DNA of 64,000 bases from Macrostomum lignano (GCA_002269645.1 NIVC01000128.1:156731-220730); one strand, 5' to 3'. Shown: positions 47,886 through 60,813, counted from the first letter of the stretch. Notes: a model not told the origin generated them from the letters alone. Made by a program: numbers and translations.

Positions 47886-50312
47886 CTTTTGACCATAGAC
47901 AACTCTTTTTTAGAACGTTAATAGGCCTTTAGACCCCAGTCACAGTAGAAAAGGCCACATTTGAAGTTGCTTGTGTCGCATTCGAGGACTTCGAGCATAT
48001 GATATATATTAGTAGCTATAGCTTCGACTTAACCAGTTCAACACACACGCATATCGAGAAGCATGATGGACATGTCAGTGCCCCTGTCAGTCATCGGCCT
48101 GGGACTGCTAATGATGCTTGTCATGTTTCAAGCCGTCGGAGTCTACGTCATGCTAATTATCTGATCGATAGACGGAATTACATTGCGTAACTGCTTGTTA
48201 TAATGAACAATTATGAATAAAATGTGTTCTGATTAAATTCCTATACTTTAGTTTTTCTCCCTTTATTTTACTAAAGTTCGTCCATATTCGAGAATTATCA
48301 ACGACCACTACTTCAAGTAGAACTGGAAACTTAGTTTCTTAGAAAGTTACGAACGAAGGAAATGCTTGAAATTATTTTATTGGCTGCTGCTCATGTTTGT
48401 TAAGTTCCAGTTCAGTTAAACTGCATCCAGTTCAAATTCGCGCCAAAAAGGGACATTGTTAAACAATATTTAAACACCCAAAAGCTATAAAGCTTAAAAC
48501 CTTTAAACACCCCAACTAAATCTACTATCAAGTGAATTTGCCTTTAGTCAAATCTCTAAAAGCAAGCCGGTAATTATTTTTCACACTAAGAAAGTTATTT
48601 TACACGTGACCTTAACTTGAAGTAGGATTCGAAGACCAGATTAGAATGTTCATTGAAGCCCTTATCGCAACTTTCTCAGTAATCTATTCAGTTCATCTGC
48701 TCTTGGCTTTGTTTACTGTTTTCTCTCTGTCTTGTTCAACCTTGCTATTCTTATCTCTCTCTCTCGCTGCCTTCTGATTGGCTCTTCAATTTTTTCTCTT
48801 CCCTCAGTCGCGCAATCTACCCTTACTAATCTTATCTACACTCAGCCCCGACCCTAATTTAATGTCTAATAACATAAGTAATGATCGCTTTGGGGCCTGC
48901 GAATCACTTATTGTCTTCTTAATATTCTAATATGGCAGAAGCCCAGTAAGCTTACTAAATTTCGGTATAGCCCTCATTCTCGTACTCGTAGTAATATATA
49001 GATTGACACTTTTTTACACAGAAAATTCCTAGAATTATGTCGCAGCAAAACCAGGCTTATGTCATTTTGCCTAATCCTATGCAGCGATTACTATTCCGCT
49101 ACAAATCCTAAGCCTATGCTAATCCGCACTGACTGACCTCACCAAGTCATTGTTCGCTATCATTTATACTTGGCAATTTTACTCCAGCCAGCTGTTGCTC
49201 AATGGCAGTTTTATTGAGATGCGCTCGCAACCTGTTCGGGCGGGCACTACGAACTGCGGGGATCAACATTTTAGCTAGCAAAATTATTTGATTCGTTTTA
49301 TGCTGGGAGTAAACCCAGTCATTCCCGCCTGGTTTGTACGCAAGGAGGAGGATCTCGGGAATGTTCAGTGATAGGGAGTTCTCTGGAGGGGAAGTCTTCA
49401 GGTAGGGGAGGATCCTCATTGAGTGGTTGATTCAGGTAGGGGGAATCCTACTTTTCCAATTTTCCAATTTTCAGGGAGGGGAGCTCCCCATAGAGGGGAA
49501 TTTTCAGGAAGAGATAGTCTTTATGCTCGTAGGGGATCCACAGTATCAAAGATATCAAAGGTTTTTTGGCCCATTTCAGGACACTAGAAGCCATTTTCAC
49601 AGTTGGGGCCTTAATCCTATATAGAGCCGTAGCTACCACTGATAACCAGACTTAAGTCCTTTAAACATAATTGAGAAATCGTTAATAAAACTACTTATAG
49701 TAGCACGGCGCTGATGTCGAGTGTTCTTTAAATTTCTTCTTTAAATTTCTTTATTATAATTTTTATCACTCAAGCCAGTTCTTACTCAGTGTACACAAAT
49801 TATAAAATGCAACAGCTAAAAGGCAAGCGGTGCTTTCCATGATTACGCAATAATTACTAACAGTATAATTGGTTTTAGGAAACTTTGATTCAGGAAGAAT
49901 TCAACTTTTCCAGCTTCATTGGGTTATGGACCACTTAGAAGTAGATGGACGGGTAGATTCGTTTCTTAGAAAAAGAAAGGCTAAAATGTGTACCCGAAAA
50001 GAAATTGCCTCATTTTATGGAATTTTAAAAACAATAATGTGCCAGCGTGTGTTTTACATAAGCAGCCCAAATGCCAAACAGCGTCACAATTTGTAGCCAA
50101 GGCCTACTCAAGCAGGAGGACGGGAAACCTCGTTTCTTAGAAAATGTTTATAAGGCTGTTTTTCGCCGAAAAATACACTTACGGAGATAGGAAGTTTTCA
50201 TTTTTTTCAGCACAAAAATTGTTATTGCTTTCGATAGGAGGCAAACCCAATGTTCATCTTTTGATATGTTGTGCCTTTCTTATAGCTCTTATAGAAAATT
50301 AGGATTCTATGT

Positions 50313-50522
50313 ATTCTACGTACATTCCATATACCTAAAAATCATAAAAACTCACGGCGCAGCTCGACTTTTTGGTTTTATAAATTTATTTTATCATATC
50401 TGTTACACATATTGTTACACAGTTAGCTAAAAACGATAAAAATAGATTCATAAAACCAATGAGCTGAGCCGTGCCATTTTAATGTTTTTTAGGCTCGGGA
50501 CATATGCAATTGTACGTAGAAT
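50313..50522. repeat. Degenerate ~85-bp-arm inverted repeat (foldback/MITE relic)
   Basis: ATTCTACGTACA..CCTAAAAA..CACGGC.CAGCTC..TTGGTTTTAT mirrored in reverse complement at 50435-50522. Confidence 0.65.
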
Positions 50523-50884
50523 AAAATTCTAGAATAAAAAATTTAGCATGACACAAACTAGCTATCTATCATTGGTCAAGGCACGATGATATTATTCTGA
50601 CGAGAAATAATTGCACGAATTTAAACAAAAAATAATTCAGCGGAGGAGAATTATTAGCACCTGGGGGAAGCAAGCTACAGGTAATGCGCATTGAAAATAA
50701 TACCTTGAGGGAACGGCTAGGGCTTCAGTGGTCCAGCCATTGAATCGAATCAGTCAGTGTTATTTTTGCATCCAAAATGGCCTGTTCGCTTGACCACTTT
50801 GCTTGTTGTTTAACCTGGGACTCGGTGGGACTGCTTCTGAAAGTCAGGGGGAAAATGTGCATGGCTTACCTTTTGCTAAGGGTT

Positions 50885-51590
50885 TCTAATCTCAGAGGAT
50901 TGCTAATCTCAGTGGATTGCTAATCTCAGTGGATTGCTAATCTCAGTGGATTGCTAATCTCAGTGGATTGCTAATCTTCGTAGATTGCTAATCTCAGTGG
51001 ATTGCTAATCTCAGTGGATTGCTAATCTCAGTGGATTGCTAATCTCAGTGGATTGCTAATCTTCGTAGATTGCTAATCTCAGTGGATTGCTAATCTCAGT
51101 GGATTTCTAATCTCAGTGGATTGCTAATCTCAGTGGATTGCTAATCTCAGTGGATTGCTAATCTCAGTGGATTGCTAATCTCAGTGGATTGCTAATCTCA
51201 GTGGATTGCTAATCTCAGTGGATTGCTAATCTCAGTGGATTGCTAATCTCAGTGGATTGCTAATCTCAGTGGATTGCTAATCTCAGTGGATTGCTAATCT
51301 TCGTAGATTGCTAATCTCAGTGGATTGCTAATCTCAGTGGATTGCTAATCTCAGTGGATTGCTAATCTCAGTGGATTGCTAATCTCAGTGGATTGCTAAT
51401 CTCAGAGGATTGCTAATCTCAGTGGATTGCTAATCTTCGTAGATTGCTAATCTCAGTGGATTGCTAATCTCAGTGGATTGCTAATCTCAGTGGATTGCTA
51501 ATCTCAGTGGATTGCTAATCTCAGTGGATTGCTAATCTCAGAGGATTGCTAATCTCAGTGGATTGCTAATCTCAGTGGATTGCTAATCTA
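50885..51590. repeat. 17-bp minisatellite (GATTGCTAATCTCAGTG), ~41 copies, just 3' of the DEG/ENaC stop codon
   Basis: Visible units. Confidence 0.97.
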
Positions 51591-51678
51591 AGGATTAAAA
51601 ACATAATTTATTCCCTTTTCTAATTATAAGGAGAAAATTCTGACAGCAAAGCTCCAATGCCTGCCCAGCTACCTTTCA

Positions 51679-54600
51679 CTACACAGTTGAAACCAGAAAG
51701 TCCGTGTGCTCCGGCCCGTTGTGCAGTCGTTGGTTCGACCCCAACTGACAATTGGCGGCTCTCAACAGGCCCTGCGGGTCGGTCTCCCGGCCGAGCAGCT
51801 TTGCCTGACCCTGGGGCTGCCACGGCGGGGTCACGTGATTCGGCGCGCAGTCCGGCGTCTCGTCGTCCCGCGTGCTGACCCTGGCGATAGCCATGCGAAT
51901 CTGCAGTGCCGTCAGGCTGAGCATCAGCCAGAGAATTTCGCCAATCTCGAATATACTGACGAAACTGGCGCCGATCCACAGGCCGCTGATGCCTCCGAGG
52001 TCCGACATGAGCGAGATTGCAGTGTAGCTGCGCTCCTCCTGCAGCACCTGGACGTTGAGCGACCTGGCGAAGATTCTCAGCTGGGACAGGTGCCGGTGTA
52101 AGAAGCTCTGCAGCGGCCGGCACTCCACCCGCAGCTGCTCGAGGCGCTGCCGCTCCGAGCCGATGCTGGCCGCCGAGTCGAAGCGAAGCTGCGCGCACTG
52201 GCTGAAGTTCTCCGGCCGTAGGGAGCGCAGCAGGGCGGTGCGCGGCTCCACCGCGGCCACGGATTCTGAGTACTCGAGCAGTAGCTGAGAGAGCTTGCCA
52301 AGCTGGATGGTGGAGCCGCGGACCTGTTTATCGAGGTAATGAGGCTCATTTGATTCAAAGCTCACAGTTAATAGCAAGAGTACATCTCTTTGATGAAGTT
52401 GCTGCATGGGAAGATTTTGGTAATGGGAAGATTCGGTATGGGAAGATTCGGTATTGGAAGATTCGGTATGGGAAGATTCGGTATTGGAAGATTCGGTATG
52501 GGAAGATTCGGTATCGGAAGATTCGGTATGGGAAGATTCGGTATGGGGAGTTTGAGCTTCTGTACAGTTTTGAGAACAATAGAGATTCTGTGTGAAGTCA
52601 GTTTTAGGTCTTGCGGGCATATCATTGGTGCTCAACAGTCATGAGACCGAAGCGGGCAAAACTCACTTTGGGATCCTGCACGGGCCAGGGGGTCTGCCCA
52701 ACGCTGTACTGGTACTGCTCGTCCAGGCAAATGTTTGAGCATTTCGTGGGCACCTCTTGCGACATTTTGTGCCTTTGGTTCAATGCGCATAACAACTTGT
52801 TTGAGTAGTCAATTAGCCGCGGCTGCTCCTTGGTCATCTCGCCCCAGTACTGCTTGAGCACCTGCTGAAGCACCTCCGTCGGAAGACTGCCGTAGCGTTG
52901 GTGCACACTGGCCAGGTGTCTGAGGAACCGAGTCATGACTGGCACCATCTGAGCTGTTGCTTGAGCCTTTAAGAGGAGTGAATGCGGTGCAATCTTGGGC
53001 AGGAGTTCTGCCAATAATAGTAGAAGAGCCTGGGTAGCTCTACATCATTCTGCAGTACTTTAGTAGCCCATGAGCAGAGACTCAAAACACAGCTTGCAAC
53101 AAGGAACACTGTAGTATAACAGGACCTATAAAACTATGAAAGTTTCATTTTCATATTTTCTCTTTTTATTTCATAAGCCCAATCGGCCTCCAAAATCTTT
53201 CTTTGATCTTTGATTCTTCGATCTTTGATTCATGTGATTACACGAGGGGGGAGTCCAACTGAGATGGCAAGGCTTGGGGGCAATTGCTAAGGGTAAAAAG
53301 GCTGTGGTCAGAAGCTACGTCTAGTTTATTAAAAAATTGGTATTACAATTTCCCTTGTTTGGGGGGGGGGTGCTGATTGAAAAAGCGTCTTTTAAAAATA
53401 AAAGAAGCGTCATGTCGAACATTAAAGATTCATTTGGGAATTGCTGAGAGGTCAAGGCTTTTGGGGTCGGGTTAGGGTTATGTTAGTGCTAGGGTTAGGG
53501 GGTATTGTTGAGATTTCAAGGCTTTATGGGGGGCATTGCTGAGATGTCAAGACTCACAGGGAGAATAGCTGAGATGTCAAGGCTTACAAGGGGAATTGCT
53601 GAGGTTATAGCAAGGAGAAGCTACATGTAGTTTCATTCATTTGTATTCCATTCATTGTTGGCTCCGCAACGGGGGGCTCTAGACTGCTAGACAGTGCTAA
53701 AAACGCTGAGAACTTCCATTTTGCCAGGGGTTTTTACAGCAAAACAGGCATCCATTGAGGGGAGGGGCTTGAATTGCAGCCAAACTTACCTGAAAAGCTG
53801 GGGAACTCTCCGCCAGGCCGAAGAGATCGTGACAAAAGTGCAGCGCCCGACTGTCGGCAAAGGCCACATCAGCCAGAGGCGAGCCGGGCACTGCCAGCGG
53901 CACGGGGCCCTCGAGCTTGCAACCGCAGCGCTGGAACACGGCCAGCTCTCTCTCCGCTGCGACGCAGTCGTTGAGGTCGGTGAGGTAGGTGAAGTTTCGC
54001 CGCAGCATTGAGTCGTAGTAGGTCTGCTTGGCAGGCTGGGCGCAGGTCTTTGTCGGCGTGCTCACCAGAGTCGTCTTGTACTTCGTTAGCGGCAGGTCCA
54101 GCCGAGTGCCAGTCGGGACGAACAGCCCGGACGCGTCCGGGTGCGGCGGTGTGTCCTGCTGGTGGATGGCGACTCTGAAGCCGCCGGATTCCAGGCCGGT
54201 GATAGTCTTCATGATGCGGTCGATGGGGAAGCTGGCGTCCGTGCTCGGGCTGTACAGCACCATGATGAGGCCATCGTCTGAGCTCTCGCTGCTCAGGCGT
54301 CGCTCTTTCGGCCGGAAGGTGAAGCAGTTGCCAAAACGGCGGTGGAAAAACGTGACAAAGTTGCTGTTGGAGCAGCGCTCGCCCCGGTACCAGCAGGCGA
54401 CCACGAAGTCGTTGATACGAGCGCCCACCGCCGACATGTTGATCCGGTGTTCCAGAGAGGTGTACACGGCCTCCAGGAATTTGAGAGACTCCCAGCCGAA
54501 CAGGTGGCCGTAGACAATCTGCAGCTGCTGGGTGTGACTCACCAGAGACCTCTTAGCTTGAAGCTCTCTATCATATTCGAGTAGGCTGTACTTGAAGAAC

Positions 54601-54980
54601 TTGTTCACCAGCGGGTCGCACACGGTCACATCTGGCATTGTGAAGGAGTTTGCCTGCTGAGAGACCGTCGAGCTGACTGGATTCGCTAAGAACATTTGCA
54701 CTTGGTTCGCCGTGTGCACCACCAGGCCGCCGAGGGTGCAAAACAGGACCATGCACCAGAGCAGCTTGTCGTTCCAGTGATAGGCATCCAGCATGTTGCT
54801 AGGGCCGTGAACTGTGATCTTGCTCACTAGCGCTGCCAGCTGCACGTTCAGCCGGCGCTGTCTGGCCTCGATCTCCAGCTGGCGGAGCAGCCTTCGTCTT
54901 GGCCTCGGCCGTTGCTGCTGCTGCTGCTGCTGGTCTAGCAGCTCAAGTTCGAGTTGAGCCTCGGTCTCCATGACTTTCAT
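51679..54980 (-). CDS. DEG/ENaC (amiloride-sensitive sodium channel family) subunit, ~732 aa; exons 54980-53790, 53029-52667, 52323-51679
   Basis: HG motif (ITVHGP), TM1 LLWCMVLFCTLGGLVVH, MPDVTVC, FFHRRFGNCFTF, GFRVAIH, Cys-rich thumb (DCV..RCGC..HFC..LC..KCSNICL), YSVGQTPWP, and TM2 SDLGGISGLWIGASFVSIFE with the GAS filter. Phase-0 GT-AG introns; the exon-3 acceptor is the least certain. Confidence 0.93.
52408..52548. repeat. 15-bp minisatellite (GGAAGATTCGGTATG), ~9 copies, in DEG/ENaC intron 2
   Basis: Visible units. Confidence 0.93.
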
Positions 54981-56479
54981 TGCACTCCGACCTTTGGACT
55001 GTCCGATTCAGTATAAATGAACTGTATAAATGAAGACGTCTTTCGGCTTCGACTGGGTTGTACGCGGCGACCCTGGCCCCTGGGCCAGCTGCTGGCTGGG
55101 TTTGCTCTGCTCACAGCAGGAGGGTCAGCTACTGGCTTCAGGTTGGCTCTGCCTCGTGTGGCAAACTTTGCTAAGTAACGAACCTTTTGTGGGACTTTTA
55201 ACTGGGCGGGTGCGCTACCGCTAAAAGCCAAGCACGTTCGCACTCTTCAAATCTGCTTCAGGTCTTCTTCTCCAGCCAGTTCTCAATGCAGTCTTTTTCT
55301 ATTCATTTCTGAAACCAACTCTTCTAAATGCTGGCGACCAAAGCGGACATCGATCCAAGCAGGGGAGGACGGGCCGGGATTCTCACTGGCCAATGGGGAG
55401 CGGGCGTGACTCGATCGAGCTGCAGAGTGAGCAGGCACTGAAACAACTGCCACTCAGACTGGCAACATTATTCACCGCAATGGGCAACTCCTGCGAGTAG
55501 TGCTGGCATTGTTCAGCACTGCACGGACTGTTGCGGAGCGGTGAGGTTGCGAATCAGTAGCGGGAGAGTCGCGTATTGACCGGATCGTATCGCAATGCAA
55601 GAAGCCAATTGTTCAAAGTCTCAATTCGAGCCCTATGCTAAAACTGTGTGGTGCTGTTGGTTATTCTCCAAGTCATATACTGGCCGCATACGGACATTGG
55701 GGGTGTGTTGCAGACCCTGCTGCGTATCTCTGCCAGTGGCCCTGTCGACTTCCAACTCTACAAGCTCGTAGAAGCATAGGAGAAAGTTTTTCATTTTCAA
55801 AATTGTTGTTTATGTTAACTGAATGAGTGAATGGCATTTCTGCTTCCTAGTGTTTAGCCATACCAGTATGCCATGCAGTATGAAGTGAGAGCAGAGGCAC
55901 TAAGGTGAATTGGAAGAGGTCTCCCCGACTATTCAATGAGAGTATTCATTTAAGGTCGCAGTCTTCCTATCCTGCTCAGCTTAGCTCAGCCCATGCATAG
56001 ACTGTACTGGCATGCGTAAGTCTCATACAGTCAAGTCAAGTTCATTGCCTGATATTGCTATAGCCTGCTGCTGCAAATGGCTACTATTCCACCAGAGAAC
56101 AAAACCGGCGTTCGATGCTTTAAAATCAAGGGTTTTGCTGTTTAACAGCAACTCAGCAGACTGACAGTCCGATGGTCAGACAGACTGACCCCTTGAGACT
56201 ATTGACAGCTGGCTTGTTTAACTTTCGGTCTCGCAGATTGGTGTAATAATTAATAGAATGGCTATACAACACAAAACAACATATTCTACATATTTTTTTC
56301 AACTCGAGAGACTAGCGCATGAGAAAAATTATGCAATCAGGACACAGCCGACAAGGGCAGCAGGCTATACAGACTACAGTATAGTCAATCGAGCATCAAC
56401 TCACCCAGTCCCAGTTGTTATTATTAGTGACGCTACCCAGTGCTAGCGAGCACGCGCTGTTTGAACAGGCTGGGGGAGC

Positions 56480-57950
56480 AGTCAGTGGCAGTCAAGGGGG
56501 TCAGGCCGATGCTTAGCAGCTCTGGGTCGCATGACCGGAACGCCGAGGCACTTAAAGTCTTGGCAGACGGCTATTGTCTCCCCATTGGGCAGCGTCAGAG
56601 GCGGGGCAGTCTCAGTGCCCACGTGAAGCAACTCGGTCTTCTTGGCGCTGATCTGCAGATCCACGCGGGCAACCTCCTCGAAGAGCCCATTTTATTGCTC
56701 TCTGTGCCGACTCCAGGCCGCGGCAGACAAGGGCTTTGTCGTCAGGGAGTCGGACCTCAGGATGCCGTGAGCTGCGGCGTTGGGTGACCACAAAGCCATC
56801 CTCTTCCTGCGGAGCACGTAGTCCATCAGCAGGACGAACAGCAGGGGGAGAGGGTGTCACCCTGCAGCACGCCAGAGCTGGTTTGACACTCTTCAGTGGG
56901 TCCATCGGATGTTTGGACAAATGCCATAGAACTGGTGTACAAGTCCATGACTGCCCGCACAAGCAGAGACGGCACTCCACGCTGAGCGAGCAGCCAGGCT
57001 ATGGTCAGCCAGCTAACAGAATCAAAGGCTTTGCGGAAGTCGATGAAAACAATTGAGGCGAGCTTTTTGGCGTGCTCTGCAGGTCTCAAGGATGATGCCA
57101 CCTGCTCAGTAGTTGACCTGCCGGGGCGAAAAGCACTCTGAGAGGCTGGCATGCGCGAGTTGAGCACTGGGAGCAGGTGGTTTCGCAGCATGCGCGAGTT
57201 GAGCACTGGGAGCAGGTGGTTTCGCAGCATGCGCGAGTTGAGCACTGGGAGCAGGTGGTTTCGCAGCATGCGCGAGTTGAGCACTGGGAGCAGGTGGTTT
57301 CGCAGCATGCGCGAGTTGAGCACTGGGAGCAGGTGGTTTCGCAGCATGCGCGAGTTGAGCACTGGGAGCAGGTGGTTTCGCAGCATGCGCGAGTTGAGCA
57401 CTGGGAGCAGGTGGTTTCGCAGCATGCGCGAGTTGAGCACTGGGAGCAGGTGGTTTCGCAGCATGCGCGAGTTGAGCACTGGTAGCAGGTGGTTTCGCAG
57501 CATGCGCGAGTTGAGCACTGGTAGCAGGTGGTTTCGCAGCATGCGCGAGTTGAGCACTGGTAGCAGGTGGTTTCGCAGCATGCGCGAGTTGAGCACTGGG
57601 AGCAGGTGGTTTCGCAGCATGCGCGAGTTGAGCACTGGTAGCAGGTGGTTTCGCAGCATGCGCGAGTTGAGCACTGGGAGCAGGTGGTTTCGCAGCATGC
57701 GCGAGTTGAGCACTGGGAGCAGGTGGTTTCGCAGCATGCGCGAGTTGAGCACTGGGAGCAGGTGGTTTCGCAGCATGCGCGAGTTGAGCACTGGGAGCAG
57801 GTGGTTTCGCAGCGCAGCATTCAGAACCTTTGGAAGAGTGCACTCGAAGGCGCGCTGGTTGTCCACGAGCGTATTGGCTAGTGGAGTTGGCACCTTGCTT
57901 GGGGATGGAGATGATCTTCGAAGCCTTCCACTTCATGGATTCGTCCCCAC
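56480..57950 (-). mobile_element. Decayed non-LTR retrotransposon (RTE-like LINE) reverse transcriptase relic
   Basis: WKASKIISIPKQG..KVLN..SQSAFRPGRSTTEQV..IVFIDFRKAFDSV..SGVLQGDTLSP..LQISAKKTELL..DFKCLG across frameshifts; the YADD region is degraded. Confidence 0.88.
57151..57813. repeat. 17 x 39-bp in-frame tandem expansion inside the LINE RT (encodes LRNHLLPVLNSRM)
   Basis: 663 bp = 17 units; only a G/T variant distinguishes units. Confidence 0.97.
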
Positions 57951-58029
57951 CAAGACAGCAGTGACGGTTTAACAAGCTGGACACAGTGCCCAGACCCAGA
58001 CGTTTCATAATGGTAAATAATATTAATAA

Positions 58030-58206
58030 TAATAACTGCAGAAGGGCTGCGGGCATCCTTCGCAGCAACTTGGGCGATATCGTCCAATAACCAGTGCTGA
58101 CGGCAATTCTGCCCATTCCACTGACTCCTGAGCGCATGCAAGCAAGCGACTACTGCATGCAGGCATGTACTCCTCATACACACGCTCACACAGAGTGTAC
58201 AGTGGC
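58030..58206 (-). mobile_element. 3' part of a SINE-family copy with (TTA)n tail
   Basis: Reverse complement matches the 60451 SINE body (GGCC.CTGTACACTC.TGTGTGAG, GGAATGGGCAG.A.TGCC); tail shared with 46176-46253. Confidence 0.6.
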
Positions 58207-58579
58207 CGTAATTTTCTAAGCGTTTCTAAATGTAAAGTATGCTTGAAACATCCAGTTTTTATCGCAACAATCACCCCGTAAAAGAGGAAGTCTACCAAAA
58301 GGCACCTACTTGGAGTGTTGCTAATCGAAGCCGACGGAAGCTTCTGGATTTCTGGATCTGTAAATTCTGGATCTATAGCGATGAAACACTGAGACGCATG
58401 CCAGCAGGCAGGTTGCTAGCAACAGAATACGATATAGTCTTGCCAAGAGATACCAAGATCAGTTGAAAAAGCTGAAGGGAGCTGACATTATTTACGGCCT
58501 GGTCGTTATAAAACCAGTGTTACTGAAGCTGCTCAACACAATCCTGAGGCTTTGATACATACCCAGACAGTGGCCGGTC

Positions 58580-59060
58580 AGTCGCTTTGGTGACTCCGAT
58601 CTACAAGACAGGACCAGCAACGACCCAAAAAACTACAGACCAATTAGCGTTTTCCCCATCATGGCTCATCTCTTCGCTTCAATCATTTATGCCCCGATGT
58701 TTGGATCACATTGATACTCTATTGTCTCTTGTCAAACACAAAACGAGCAATGAAAGACCTTTCCATCTTGTCTTCTTTGACTTGAAAAGTGCATTTGACA
58801 TGGTGAATCATTCTGGCTCGTATTTCATTCAACAGACTTATAGACCTCACTCAATGTTGCATTCAGAGGCGAAAGTCAAAATATCCGATGAAACAGCTTC
58901 CATGACACCAACCGAAAAATGGCGTCAAGACAACCCTGTACATTGATCCCTCAGCAAAACGTTGAAGAATCATTCCACAGCAAAACTTTATCATGAATGT
59001 TGAGATAAATAATCTACTATACTGCGATGACCTAACCATGTTCGGTGAGGACCTAGCGAA
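58580..59060 (+). mobile_element. Highly deleted CR1/L2-like LINE RT fragment
   Basis: Pieces VTPIYKTG, KNYRPISVFP, VFFDLKSAFDMVNH, NNLLYCDDL in shifting frames. Confidence 0.6.
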
Positions 59061-59238
59061 GCTAGCGAGGCCTTCACAATGTTCTGATTTCTGTCAGAAT
59101 CGCAAGCTGCTGAAAAACATCCAGAAAGAAAAGTTGCCCTTTGTACGAGAATATATATCTTTCTTTCGTTGTACTTATTAGTTATTAGTTCGCTCTCAAA
59201 TAATATTATGGTAAAATTAAAAATACTATAATGTACAC

Positions 59239-59803
59239 CAGGGGTTTGCAAACCCTTCATCTCCAGAGCGGGCCAGACGAGGGAAGAGAGGAGATGGAAT
59301 AGAAAAGAGAGGGGGAGAGGAGAGAAGAGAGGAGAGAGGAGAGGAGAGAGGAGAGAGGATAGGAAAGAGGAGAAGAGAGGAGAGAGGAGAGAGGAGAGAG
59401 GAGAGGAAAGCTGAGAGAGGAGAGGAGAGAAGAGAGAGAAGAGGAGAGGAGATAGGAGAGAGGATAGGAAAGAGGAGAAGAGAGAAGAGAGAGGAGAGGA
59501 GATTAGAGAAGAGAGGAGAGAGAAGAGGAGAGGAGATAGGAGAGAGGATAGGAAAGATGAGAAGAGAGAGGAGAGAGGAGAGGAGCAGAGAGAAGAGAGG
59601 AGAGAGGAGAGGAGATAGGAGAGAGGATAGGAAAGAGGAGAAGAGAGAGGAGAGAGGAGAGGAGATTAGAGAAGAGAGTTGAGAAGCGACACAAACCTTG
59701 AGCAGACCGGATTGCTACTGTGACTTTTCAAAGGATCTGAGGGCCGGATAGAAAGGCTTGGCGTGCCGTAGGTGGCCCGCGGGCCGGAGTTTGCCGACAT
59801 CCG
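59239..59803 (+). mobile_element. hAT-type MITE with AG-rich low-complexity interior
   Basis: CAGGGGTTTGCAAAC ... GGGCCGGAGTTTGCCGACATCCG imperfect TIRs; flanks ATGTACAC/ATGTGCAG (6/8) fit a decayed 8-bp TSD. Confidence 0.75.
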
Positions 59804-60450
59804 ATGTGCAGTCTCTGTGCCTTGGGGGTTGGGCCCACAGACCATATAGAATGGTCTGTGGTTCTATATGGTCTGTGGTTGGGCCTCATGGGTGCAGACC
59901 ACACGACAACCCCCAGTCAGTTTTCGGGCACACAAGCCCCAGATGAATGTGGCCGCGCGCACGGAATCAAACCAAGGGGTCGTGGCGCGGGAGTCAGACA
60001 CTTTGACCGCTGAGCTGCTCTGCCCCTTACCCAGTAGTATTTATATTGGAAAGTCACTCTTACTACAGAGGATTCAAATTGTACGAGTAATTAGGATTGG
60101 CAGTGGTCTGCATTTTGCTAATAGATTTGAAAGAGTACATCGTACTATAAGACCTAGCCAGTGTCGTTACCGCTGCACAACAGATCCCAAAACCAAGAGA
60201 CTGTAACTGTCATCCCTTAGCAAACATGTAGCTTTGCTGCAAAAGGAAATTCTGTTAGCATCAAAGTTCACCTCTCTAAGGCCCATCGTGCTCAGTTGTG
60301 CGGCAAGGAGGGCAGGACAGTGAGTTACTCTCTGCCTGCTAGTAGCAAATGCACTTTTCCTCGCCTGTGGAATAATTAAATCTGGCGAATGAACAACCCG
60401 TATTTGGTAGGGGAGTGGAAAATTCTGAATTGAACAACCATGGATTACCT

Positions 60451-60813
60451 AGAGGGGGGCCGTAGCCCAGCGGTAGCGCAGCTGCTCTGGTGTGCCGTGA
60501 CCCAGGCTCGATTCCAAGTGCAGCCACATTAATTTGGGGCTGAATTGGAATTTCGGCTTGGCTCGCTTGTGCAATTAACGGCCTTGAGAGCCAACCCCCC
60601 AAGGCGCAGTGAAGTGTACATGCCTAACAATTGATAAAGTTAGGGCCGCTGTACACTCCTGTGTGAGTGTGTGCCTGCGTAACGTATCCGCGCGCTTGTA
60701 TGCCTGCTCAGGGGAGTCGGCGGAATGGGCAGTAATGCCTCTCGCCGGTTGTGTGCCAATGACGCTTAAATTGCGCCAGGGTGCACACAACCCCCCTGCC
60801 TCTAATAAAAAAA
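60451..60813 (+). mobile_element. Full-length tRNA-derived SINE (~360 bp)
   Basis: A-box TAGCCCAGCGG (60463-60473), B-box GGCTCGATTCC (60505-60515), TAATAAAAAAAA tail, 11-bp TSD ATGGATTACCT (60440-60450 and 60814-60824). Confidence 0.88.

Larger units (their letters stand above)
46571..47902 (-). mobile_element. Crypton-type tyrosine-recombinase element, copy 2 (5' coding part lost; hAT MITE nested)
   Basis: Perfect 12-bp inverted repeat TTGTCTATGGTC 46571-46582 / GACCATAGACAA 47891-47902 enclosing a YR gene fragment. Confidence 0.68.

Noticed and set aside
49147-49640. Possible L1/Tx1-like C-terminal relic (QIILLAKMLI)
   Set aside because: A single weak motif amid stops; no RT or zinc knuckle recovered.
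55388-55410. CCAAT plus GC box as the DEG/ENaC promoter
   Set aside because: Short common motifs; the TSS is unknown and trans-splicing or upstream non-coding exons are possible.
60454-60530. Functional tRNA gene
   Set aside because: No consistent acceptor or anticodon stem; followed by a SINE body, poly-A tail and TSD.
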